Both the position numbers and the translations under genes were made by a program. The notes beneath the pieces are model-generated. The model worked only from the letters and a program-made list of their open reading frames with translations, ran no database searches and had not been told where the DNA came from. A stretch of 63,755 bases of DNA, the filler included. It is 7 parts of 7 records of this genome, joined end to end, with 100 filler letters (N's around TTAATTAATTAA, not from the genome) between each part and the next. Parts side by side here need not be neighbours in the genome. Positions count along the whole stretch, not along the records: positions 5,524 to 13,414 come from SRR31147125_2915; positions 13,515 to 21,934 come from SRR31147125_2977; 5 more parts are not named here. One strand, given 5' to 3'. The stretch's first letter is position 1. Each line of letters starts with the position of its first letter. Positions 8,394 through 16,786 of the stretch are shown here, in pieces.

Positions 8394-10229
8394 TCATTTC
8401 CTTTCATGCCAATCGCCATTCTCTTTTATTAGTGAAATAAGTTCGTCGACAGCTTTTTCTTCTTCTATATTTCGTTTAACAACTTCTTTGTTTTTATAAA
8501 GCGATATTTTACCAGCCCCTGTCCCAACATAACCATAATCAGCATCGGCCATTTCACCCGGTCCATTTACAATGCAACCCATAATGCCTATTTTTAAACC
8601 TTTCAGGTGTGCTGTTTCGTTTTTAATTTTGGCTACTGTCTCTTCCAAACCAAAGAGTGTTCTTCCACAACCTGGACACGAAATATAATCTGGTTTTGAC
8701 ATGCGCAGCCTGCTTGCCTGCAATATTGAAAACGATGTTTTATTGATTTCGTCTATTTCTATTTTATTGCTATTCTTTATCCAGATTCCATCAATCAATC
8801 CATCAATGCAATGCGGGCCATAATCAATAGCTGATTTAATATGAAGATCTTCAAGAATATCTTCGTAGTAGGATTTTAAAAATATTGTAGGATTTTTTAG
8901 TTCTTCTTTTTGAAGTTCAGAAATAAAGCTTCTGTATTCTGCCAGGCTATTTGTTTTTTTCCCTCAAACACTAAGACTGCACTGCTATTTGTTTTTAATT
9001 GCTTACTAATAGCCTTAAGTTCTTCATTTGATTTAATATGAAGAAAGCAGAGACTAAATTTTTCTTCGGTCTTAAGATATTCGTCTTTACTTAATACTGG
9101 AAATACATTCGAAGATGTGCTGTGTTTTTTCCAAATTTCAAATGGCAATATGTATTTTGAGTTTTTATCAAAAACAGCTTCTTTTTCGGTATAGATATAA
9201 TCTGGTTTAAAATCGCTGTTTTGGTTATTTGCATTTTCACCAATTACAATGGGTACGTTCGTGCCACCAATGTTGTTTGTTGCTGTTGTTTTTCTTTTGT
9301 TGTATTCAAAAGGAGTAAGTTCAATTTTAAAAGGTTCAATGTCTTCTTTTTCATTTGCCCGATTAATTACATAATCAACAATTTTTCGGGCAACCGGAAT
9401 TTCATTCTCTGGCGGTTCGGTAAGTGATACACGAACCGTATCACCAATTCCTTCGGCTAACAATGTTCCGATACCAATTGCTGATTTTATGCGACCATCT
9501 TCACCTTCGCCGGCCTCGGTAACTCCCAAATGCAATGGATAGAACATCTCTTCTTTGTGCATTAACTCTACCAGTTTGCGGGTTGCCTGAACCATAATCC
9601 TGGTATTGCTGGCTTTCATGGAAACAACAACTTTCTGAGATTCGTTTTTCTTGCAAATACGCAAAAATTCCAATGCCGATTCGGCCATGCCAGCAGGTGT
9701 ATCTCCATAGCGGCTTAAAATTCTATCAGACAACGAACCATGATTTACACCAATACGCATGGCTGTTTCGTTTTCTTTACAGACCAGTAAAAGTGGTGTA
9801 AACCGTTCTTCTATTTTTTTATTTCTGTCTGATATTCTTCGTCGGTATAATCAATTGTTTTAAAATATTTTCTATCCGTATAGTTTCCAGGATTAATACG
9901 GATTTTATCTACTTTTTTTGCTGCATAATTTGCTACTGTTGGGGAAAAATGAATATCAGCAATTAATGGGGCAGGGTAGTTTCTTTTTTTAGTTCATTCT
10001 GTATTTCCAGCAAACTATCAACGTCTCGATTGCAGGGGGTTGTTATTCGAACAAATTCGCCACCGGCTTCAATAATTCGAATACTTTGTTCGAGCGTGGC
10101 ATTAAAATCATGGGTTGAAGTATTTGTCATGCTCTGAAGGCGGATCGGGTTTTCACCTCCGAGCGAAACCCCGCCAATTTTTACTTCCCACGATTTTATC
10201 CGGCTATATGTATTGTTATGTTTTTCCAT
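8394..10229 (-). CDS. ispG: (E)-4-hydroxy-3-methylbut-2-enyl-diphosphate synthase, long form, split by frameshifts
   Basis: PIRLQSMTNT, MRIGVNHGSLSDRI, PLHLGVTEAG, DTVRVSLTE, ISCPGCGRT and MGCIVNGPGE are spread over three ORFs. Confidence 0.95.
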
Positions 10230-10300
10230 TTACATTTTTAAAACGGCGAAGTTATAACAGTTTTTTTAATTGTTATCTGCGAGACTGGATTGATACTTTT

Positions 10301-11074
10301 CTATAATGTAGCTTTAATATGTGCTCCATCAACGTAATATACCTGTCCAGATACAAAACCTGATAATGGGGAAAGTAACCAAACTGCCAATGATGCAAAA
10401 TCGTCAGGATTTCCGGCTTTTCCCATGGCCAGATTGTTTTCCAGGATTTTCTTTGCTACATCAAAAGGAATATTTTGGTTGTCGGCATTTTTTTGGATTA
10501 TCCTGTCAACAGCGCTTGTCATATGGTAACCTGGGGCAAGCACATTAAAGGTTATACCGGACTTTAATAATTCTTCAGATAGGGTTTTAACAAAGCCAAC
10601 AACAGCCATACGCATAGAATTGCTCAAGACCAAATTTGGGATGGGTTGTTTTACCGAAGCACTTTCAATATAAACACACCTTCCGTAACCTTGCTCCTGA
10701 AACCTGGGCAGGAATTTTTTTGTTAAGTCAATTTTCCAGCGAACCACTTGCTTGTATGCATTATCCCAATCTTCAATTTTACTTTCTAACGCAGACATGG
10801 CTGGTGGTCCTCCAGCATTGACAACGATGCCTTTTAAACGAATATTTGCTGTTTCGTTAAAAAGCATCTCAACAGATTCTGGTTTAGTAATATCAGCCTG
10901 TATAATTGATATTTGTTCATTATATTTTTGTTTTAGCTTTTCAAGCTCTTCTTTTCTTCGGGCAACCGCAATAACATGGGCTCCTTCATTAATTAATGAT
11001 GATGTTATTGAAAGCCCAAAACCGCTTGTGGCACCTAATACCAGGAAAGAATCATTTTTAAGATCAAAATTCAT
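10301..11074 (-). CDS. SDR family oxidoreductase
   Basis: GATSGFG, VVNAGGPP, LSNSMR, NVLAPG. Confidence 0.9.
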   Translation of the reverse strand: MNFDLKNDSFLVLGATSGFGLSITSSLINEGAHVIAVARRKEELEKLKQKYNEQISIIQADITKPESVEMLFNETANIRLKGIVVNAGGPPAMSALESKIEDWDNAYKQVVRWKIDLTKKFLPRFQEQGYGRCVYIESASVKQPIPNLVLSNSMRMAVVGFVKTLSEELLKSGITFNVLAPGYHMTSAVDRIIQKNADNQNIPFDVAKKILENNLAMGKAGNPDDFASLAVWLLSPLSGFVSGQVYYVDGAHIKATL

Positions 11075-11253
11075 AGCAATAAATTATTTAGTTTGTTTAA
11101 CGAGGATATCAATAATAAAAATTAAAAAATGTTCAAATTCACTATGGTTAAATTCTGATAATCAGCGATTAACTTTTATCTGGGTCTTCCGTATATATTT
11201 AAGTAGCAAAAAAAATGTATTTTTTGTAATTTGGTCAAAAATAGAATTTCGAT

Positions 11254-11634
11254 ATGAATGTTATAAAAATTAAAGGCACTGATGATACCCCCACAATTGT
11301 TTTAGATCCGGAAAGGGAGATTTATGAAATATCGGGGAGATCGTTACCAGAAGACGTTGCCCAATTTTTTGAAGCAACATTGTCTTGGCTTGACGAATAT
11401 ATAGCTTCACCGCACGAAAAAACAGAATTCGCATTTAAACTTACATATTTTAATACTGCATCATCTAAAATTTTATTAGATATTCTACTGAAGCTAGAAG
11501 AACTTCACGAATCTGGCAAAGAGGTTAAGATTCTTTGGTTTTATCCTGAAGAAGATGAAGATATGCAAGAGGCAGGAGAAGAATTCAACGAAATAGTTGA
11601 TATTCCATTCGAACACATTCCTTATCCGGGATAA
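11254..11634 (+). CDS. DUF1987 / SiaC-family protein
   Basis: GTDDTP, ISGRSLPED, YFNTASSK and DEDMQEAGEEF motifs. Confidence 0.85.
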   Translation: MNVIKIKGTDDTPTIVLDPEREIYEISGRSLPEDVAQFFEATLSWLDEYIASPHEKTEFAFKLTYFNTASSKILLDILLKLEELHESGKEVKILWFYPEEDEDMQEAGEEFNEIVDIPFEHIPYPG

Positions 11635-11640
11635 GAAGAA

Positions 11641-12309
11641 TTATTCTTCGTTATCAATTCCTGTATTAATAAATCTAATAAAAGGCTTCATTGCGCCAAA
11701 CAAGCGGATTACCTCTTTGGGGAAATCATCTGAAAGAACAAGTTTTTTATCGATATTTTTTGAAACCGTAAAGCTTTTTAGTTTCAACCATTCGACACCA
11801 TCAAAATCTTTTGGGAAACCTTTCGGTGGGTTAACGAGTTTCTCTCCTTGATCGATATTCTTAAAATCAGATTTAAATTTTTTATCATTTATTACTCCCA
11901 GAAATTTATCAAGATTAAAATATATTTCGTTTCTAACCAATTTAAGAATGGGTGATGGTGGCATCCAAACCCCGCCTCCAACGAAGCAACTCTCCGGGTC
12001 GAGATGAACGTAATATCCCGAGTATTTACTTTTCTTGCCTCCCTTGCAAATGTATGCGCCAAAATTCGTTTTATACGGACTTTTATCCGCAGAAAAACGA
12101 ATATCGCGGTTAATTCTAAAAGTACAATCTTTTGCTGTTAGCGAGAGAATAGATTCATCAACCTTGCCAAACTCCAGAATAATGTGATTTACAAATTCTT
12201 CAAAATTTGTTTTTGCTTTTTGGTAGATAGGTTTATTTGCATGAAACCATTCTTTGTTATTGTTCTTTTTTAGTTCAGCAAGGAACTCGATTGTACTTGG
12301 ATGGATCAT
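11641..12309 (-). CDS. DUF2461 (TIGR02453) family protein
   Basis: FLAELKKNNNKEWF and FRINRDIRFSADKSPYK. Confidence 0.9.
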   Translation of the reverse strand: MIHPSTIEFLAELKKNNNKEWFHANKPIYQKAKTNFEEFVNHIILEFGKVDESILSLTAKDCTFRINRDIRFSADKSPYKTNFGAYICKGGKKSKYSGYYVHLDPESCFVGGGVWMPPSPILKLVRNEIYFNLDKFLGVINDKKFKSDFKNIDQGEKLVNPPKGFPKDFDGVEWLKLKSFTVSKNIDKKLVLSDDFPKEVIRLFGAMKPFIRFINTGIDNEE

Positions 12310-12378
12310 TTTAATTGTTACTTTTAATTATTACAAGTTTAGTACTTTTAAAAATCAATTTAAGGATATTTTGTTCAA

Positions 12379-13065
12379 ATGCAAAAAGCAGTAATAATAG
12401 TCGCTGGTGGTTCCGGTTTAAGAATGAAATCAGATATTCCCAAACAATTTATTGAAGTTGAGGGAATTCCTGTTTTAATGCGAACGATTATAAAATTCTA
12501 TGAGTTCGACAATGAAATTAAAATTGTAGTTGTTTTGCCAGAAAGTCAAATCCCGTATTGGAATAATCTAACAAAACAACATAATTTTAAAATTGATCAT
12601 CAAGTGGTACATGGCGGCAAAACAAGGTTTCATTCGGTTAAAAATGGACTGGATGTTGTTGGTCCTGATTATTTAATCGGAATTCACGATGGTGTAAGAC
12701 CTTTTGTCTCTGCGGAAACTCTAACAAGAAGCTTTGAAGCAGCTTATGATCTTGGAAATGCAATCCCTGCATTGCCTGTAAAAGAATCAATTCGTTGGGT
12801 TGAAGGTGAAAAAAATAAAATCATGGATCGTGAAAATATTTGGCTGATTCAAACCCCGCAAGTATTTCATGGCACATTAATTAAAAAAGCATTCGAACAG
12901 GGATATCAAAGTAGTTTTACAGATGATGCCAGTGTTTTGGAAACGGCAGGGCATTCTATCAACATTGTAAAAGGAAATCCGGAGAATATTAAAATAACTG
13001 AGAAAATTGATCTTATTTTCGCTAGTGCGCTAGTTAAGAATACAACTGTAAAAATAAACTTATGA
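12379..13065 (+). CDS. ispD: 2-C-methyl-D-erythritol 4-phosphate cytidylyltransferase
   Basis: AGGSGLRM..PKQF, IHDGVRP, QTPQ, TDDAS, NIKIT. Confidence 0.95.
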   Translation: MQKAVIIVAGGSGLRMKSDIPKQFIEVEGIPVLMRTIIKFYEFDNEIKIVVVLPESQIPYWNNLTKQHNFKIDHQVVHGGKTRFHSVKNGLDVVGPDYLIGIHDGVRPFVSAETLTRSFEAAYDLGNAIPALPVKESIRWVEGEKNKIMDRENIWLIQTPQVFHGTLIKKAFEQGYQSSFTDDASVLETAGHSINIVKGNPENIKITEKIDLIFASALVKNTTVKINL

Positions 13066-13414
13066 GAACATCAAACATTGCTTATGGCCTGATAATAGCA
13101 ATCGCGCTTGTTGTTATTTTCATATTTGGTAAAAACATTCTGCTTCCACTTGTATTGGCTGTTGTAATATGGTTTCTAATTAAAGCCGTTCGCTCGTTTA
13201 TAGCAAGAATAAAAATAAAAGATCGGTCGTTGCCCTGGTGGATTCAAAACACTTTGGTTTTTGTCGTTATCATTTCAGTGTTGGGTGTTATCGGTATGAT
13301 GCTATCGTCCAATATAAATAAAATGGCCGATGTTCTTCCTACGTACGAAAAAAATGTTGAATCCATTGCCCACTCAATTAATGAGTTACTTGGGATTGAT
13401 ATAAGTGAGTGGCT
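13062..13414 (+). CDS. AI-2E family transporter, truncated at contig end
   Basis: Hydrophobic N-terminus with ILLPLVLAVVIWFLI and LPTY. Confidence 0.7.
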
Positions 13415-13514
13415 NNNNNNNNNNNNNNNNNNNNNNNNNNNNNNNNNNNNNNNNNNNNTTAATTAATTAANNNNNNNNNNNNNNNNNNNNNNNNNNNNNN
13501 NNNNNNNNNNNNNN

Positions 13515-14081
13515 TGATGGCGAAACAACAGGGTTGTTAAACCAATACTTTCCATCATCACATTTTTCAATAATATTAATTGATTTAAGAGCTGTCAGGG
13601 CATCCTGCACCTCTTTGATTGTCAACTTATTATCAAGAAACTTCCTCACAACCTTTGGTGATATTTTTTTATTCTTAACGTTATCCTGAATGAACTTTCC
13701 AATAACTGGGTAGAACCATCTTGAGAGATAAAAATATTCGTCATCACTAATTGAATTTTGTTTACTATTTTTCAGATAACTTTGCAGTTCACAATAATAT
13801 TTTCTTATTTCTGAATCTTTTGCCTGATTTAAAAGGATTAAAACCTCAAAATACCTACTCTCTTCTTTATCAAGAGACATGGCGCTGGCAAACTTTTCAA
13901 AATAGGCATCAGTCAAATTTCTCTCACCCTTGATTATAAGATAGAGAAAATTTGATGAAGTAAATCCAGCTTTGCGAGCGAAATACCTGTACGAAAAGTA
14001 GGACTTGGCCTTCTTTGATTCAGAATAGTAGTCTTTCAGGTATTGACGATAATTACCGTAGTCAAATATATTTATGTCCAT
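13515..14081 (-). CDS. TIGR02147-family HTH-like protein, truncated
   Basis: IFDY.NYRQYLKDYY...FSYRYFARKAGFTSSNFL..IIKGERNL. Confidence 0.85.
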
Positions 14082-14303
14082 AAGATACGCGTTCTCCCTT
14101 CCCTCTCCAATTGTGTATTACTTATCGCACATGTGTTCAAAATGTTGTGTAAAAATGTCAACAAATGATAAAAAATTGTATTCACCCAGCTAACCATTTG
14201 AATACATAGGATATTTTTATTTGTCTGGCTAAACAGACTTTACAAAAAACCCCTCCCTTAGAAAAAGGGAAGGGGAGGGATTTTATGATAAAATTGTTAT
14301 AGA

Positions 14304-14359
14304 TAATTCCGGGGACACAATACTTAATTCTTGAATTAAGTATTGTGTCCCCGGAATTA
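14304..14359. repeat. Perfect 27-bp inverted repeat with a 2-nt loop (REP-like)
   Basis: TAATTCCGGGGACACAATACTTAATTC-TT-GAATTAAGTATTGTGTCCCCGGAATTA. Confidence 0.9.
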
Positions 14360-14409
14360 CCCTAGAGCTTTTTCAATGTGCCCCCCGCTCCAGAGAGGGG
14401 ATTTTGAAT

Positions 14410-14440
14410 AAAAAAGGCGATGCTTTTTGCATCGCCCTTG
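14410..14440 (-). terminator. Intrinsic terminator of the OmpA-domain gene
   Basis: GGCGATGC/GCATCGCC hairpin with an A tract on the plus strand. Confidence 0.7.
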
Positions 14441-14466
14441 TATCAATCATTAATTGCTTCTTGCAA

Positions 14467-16569
14467 CTAAACTGATCTAGGAGCATCCTTGATAATAATT
14501 CTTGGATCTAGGCTTCCAGCTTCTATTTTTAAAAAAGCATTTTCCTTAATCATGTGAAAAAGTTTTTGCTTTTCGCCCTCATCCAACTTCACATCACTAC
14601 TCACCACAATCAGATAATTGCCTAATCTTGAATCTTCTGTATGAAGAATATCATCCACGTTTGGATACTTAGTTCTCACAATATTGGCAACTTTATTTGC
14701 AGCAGTCTTCTCAAAGCCTTCACTTGAACTCATCCAAATGGCTACATGCTTTCCGGCTCCTGAAGCCCTATTTATCTCTTTTTGAAGAACAGCCTTTTCC
14801 GCAGCGGTCATATTTTCCCAATCACCAATTTTGATAACATGAGCAAACATATCGCTGCTCAATTTTTCATTTTTAACAATAACAGCATCTATATCAGCTT
14901 GTGTTACTTGAGTGATAGGATCTTGTTCAATAACCCAAAAATTCATTTCTGTTCTTCTGGAAGCCTTTTTATCCTCTTTGCCACCAGCCATAATCAACTC
15001 AGTTTCACCCTTACCATCAGATGAAAAATTATTTGCATCAACGACTAGCTCACTATGAGGAGCTGCAATAATACCAATCTGACTATTAAATGCCTCTAAG
15101 ATAGTATTAGCTCTTCTTTTAGATAGCTTTAAATTGTATGAAGCAGGCCCTTCTGAACTTGCATGGCCTACAAACTTTGCATAAATTTGAGTTCCTGTTT
15201 GGATCCCATCTGGATGGGACTCACTTAATAAACTTGATAATCTTCGCCATATTGCTGAAAGTTGTTCTTTTCCAGCCTTAGTCAATTCAGCACTATTTTT
15301 TCCAAAAGAAATTTGATCAGTTAAGTCAAACTTCTTAATCGCTGGAGCAGTATATGTTTTCCAAGCAACTGGTGCATCGGAAGCAATAATTGTTACATTT
15401 TGTATAACCTTAGTCTCATTACCCTCAGCATCCGTAACAGTCCATATAACTGGATTATCACCAATACGAAAACCTTGTTTGTAAACAGAATCTACATTGT
15501 TAGTCACTGTCACTTTCGAAGCATCAATAACTGTAGGTTGTTCAAGCGTAACTTGTGTATATTCCTTATTTCCATCTTGTTGAACTGTAATATTTTGCAC
15601 AGTAACATCTGGCTTTTTTGTATCTTCAATCGTTATAATAAAAGCAATCTTAATATCCTGTCCCTTATCTCCCTTGCCTGTAAGCTCAAAAGTATAGTCT
15701 CCAATTTTATATCCATCCTTTTTCAACATACCATCAGGAATTATCATCTTTGTAATATTTGGATTCTTTTTGACCTTTTCTTGAATCTCTGCAACAGTTA
15801 CTACTGTCAGCTCGCCCCCAGCCTCTTTTGTATAGACCATATCTTGAATTTCTAACTGCACAGGAGGAGCTTCTTCAACAACAGCTGGTTCAGCGATCTT
15901 CTCTGCATGCGAACCAAACTGAATTGCTACACCGACACCGGCAAACCATCGATCCCACTGATCACCTAATTGTTCCGTTTTATTACCTCCAACTGAAAGT
16001 TGAGGAGGATTCCACTCAAAAAGACCATGCGGCGTAACACTAAAGCCATCAGTAATCTTAAATTGATAACCTGCAGTTATACCAGCAGCAAAATTAAGAA
16101 GATGAAGCTTCGTATTTGTTGGATCTGGCTCTTGAGCAAAAGTTGTCTTTCCCCACAAGTGACTATATCCAAATTTTCCAAACAGTTGAACTTCAACAGG
16201 AGGCTTCCAAAAGGCAGAAGGTCTGAAGATTATGCGAGCATCAGCACCCAATTTTTGAAGAGCCTCTCCCTCTCCCATATCATCAGAAAAGAGAACACCA
16301 TAATTAACACCCAAACCAAGACCAAGAGCTTTAAGAGGGAACCAGTCACCAAAGATCTCAAACTTTGGGCCACGAAAAACTGGACGCCTACCGCCACTTG
16401 AAGCATCATCCAAGAGATCCTCTTTAATATGATCCGGGATATCTAAATCCTGAATGGCATCTTTATGAGGCTCATGTGTTGTAGCTTTTTCACCGGAGTT
16501 ATACCCAACATTTATACCTCCCTGCCACCTAGGATCTGTAGATTTATTTTGAACTTTTGGATCAGTCAT
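14467..16569 (-). CDS. OmpA-family protein: beta-barrel-like N-terminus, HYR/Ig-like domain, OmpA C-terminal domain
   Basis: ISFGKNSAEL, GHASSEGPASYNLKLSKRRA and RRTE; HYR-like IEDTKKP...WTVTDAEGNET. GGAGG RBS. Confidence 0.8.
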   Translation of the reverse strand: MTDPKVQNKSTDPRWQGGINVGYNSGEKATTHEPHKDAIQDLDIPDHIKEDLLDDASSGGRRPVFRGPKFEIFGDWFPLKALGLGLGVNYGVLFSDDMGEGEALQKLGADARIIFRPSAFWKPPVEVQLFGKFGYSHLWGKTTFAQEPDPTNTKLHLLNFAAGITAGYQFKITDGFSVTPHGLFEWNPPQLSVGGNKTEQLGDQWDRWFAGVGVAIQFGSHAEKIAEPAVVEEAPPVQLEIQDMVYTKEAGGELTVVTVAEIQEKVKKNPNITKMIIPDGMLKKDGYKIGDYTFELTGKGDKGQDIKIAFIITIEDTKKPDVTVQNITVQQDGNKEYTQVTLEQPTVIDASKVTVTNNVDSVYKQGFRIGDNPVIWTVTDAEGNETKVIQNVTIIASDAPVAWKTYTAPAIKKFDLTDQISFGKNSAELTKAGKEQLSAIWRRLSSLLSESHPDGIQTGTQIYAKFVGHASSEGPASYNLKLSKRRANTILEAFNSQIGIIAAPHSELVVDANNFSSDGKGETELIMAGGKEDKKASRRTEMNFWVIEQDPITQVTQADIDAVIVKNEKLSSDMFAHVIKIGDWENMTAAEKAVLQKEINRASGAGKHVAIWMSSSEGFEKTAANKVANIVRTKYPNVDDILHTEDSRLGNYLIVVSSDVKLDEGEKQKLFHMIKENAFLKIEAGSLDPRIIIKDAPRSV

Positions 16570-16786
16570 ACTTCCTCCAATTTTGGATATTATTTTTCTT
16601 TTCTGGTTTATCGAACATACCTCCTAAAAGTTGAGTCATTTTTGGTGCACTTGTACAAAAAATGTATTCAAACTTTGAACACGTTTTTACACTATGTCTA
16701 TGAAATAGAACACAACAAGAAGACCCCTTTTACGATAATACACTTGATCAAATAGAAACCAATTTCTCGATTTAAAGGAGATTTTA

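Noticed and set aside
7068-10229. Multiple frameshifts in spmAB and ispG (also in IS110, the lyase, AraC and radical SAM genes) as programmed frameshifting or pseudogenisation
   Set aside because: The breaks I checked mostly fall at homopolymer runs, in unrelated contigs and in a normally essential gene. Sequencing indels are the simpler explanation.
10752-11273. 173-aa plus-strand ORF, and similar shadow ORFs such as 15400-15855, 25971-26462, 43929-44378 and 61129-61575
   Set aside because: Antisense to well-supported genes, with no motifs of their own.
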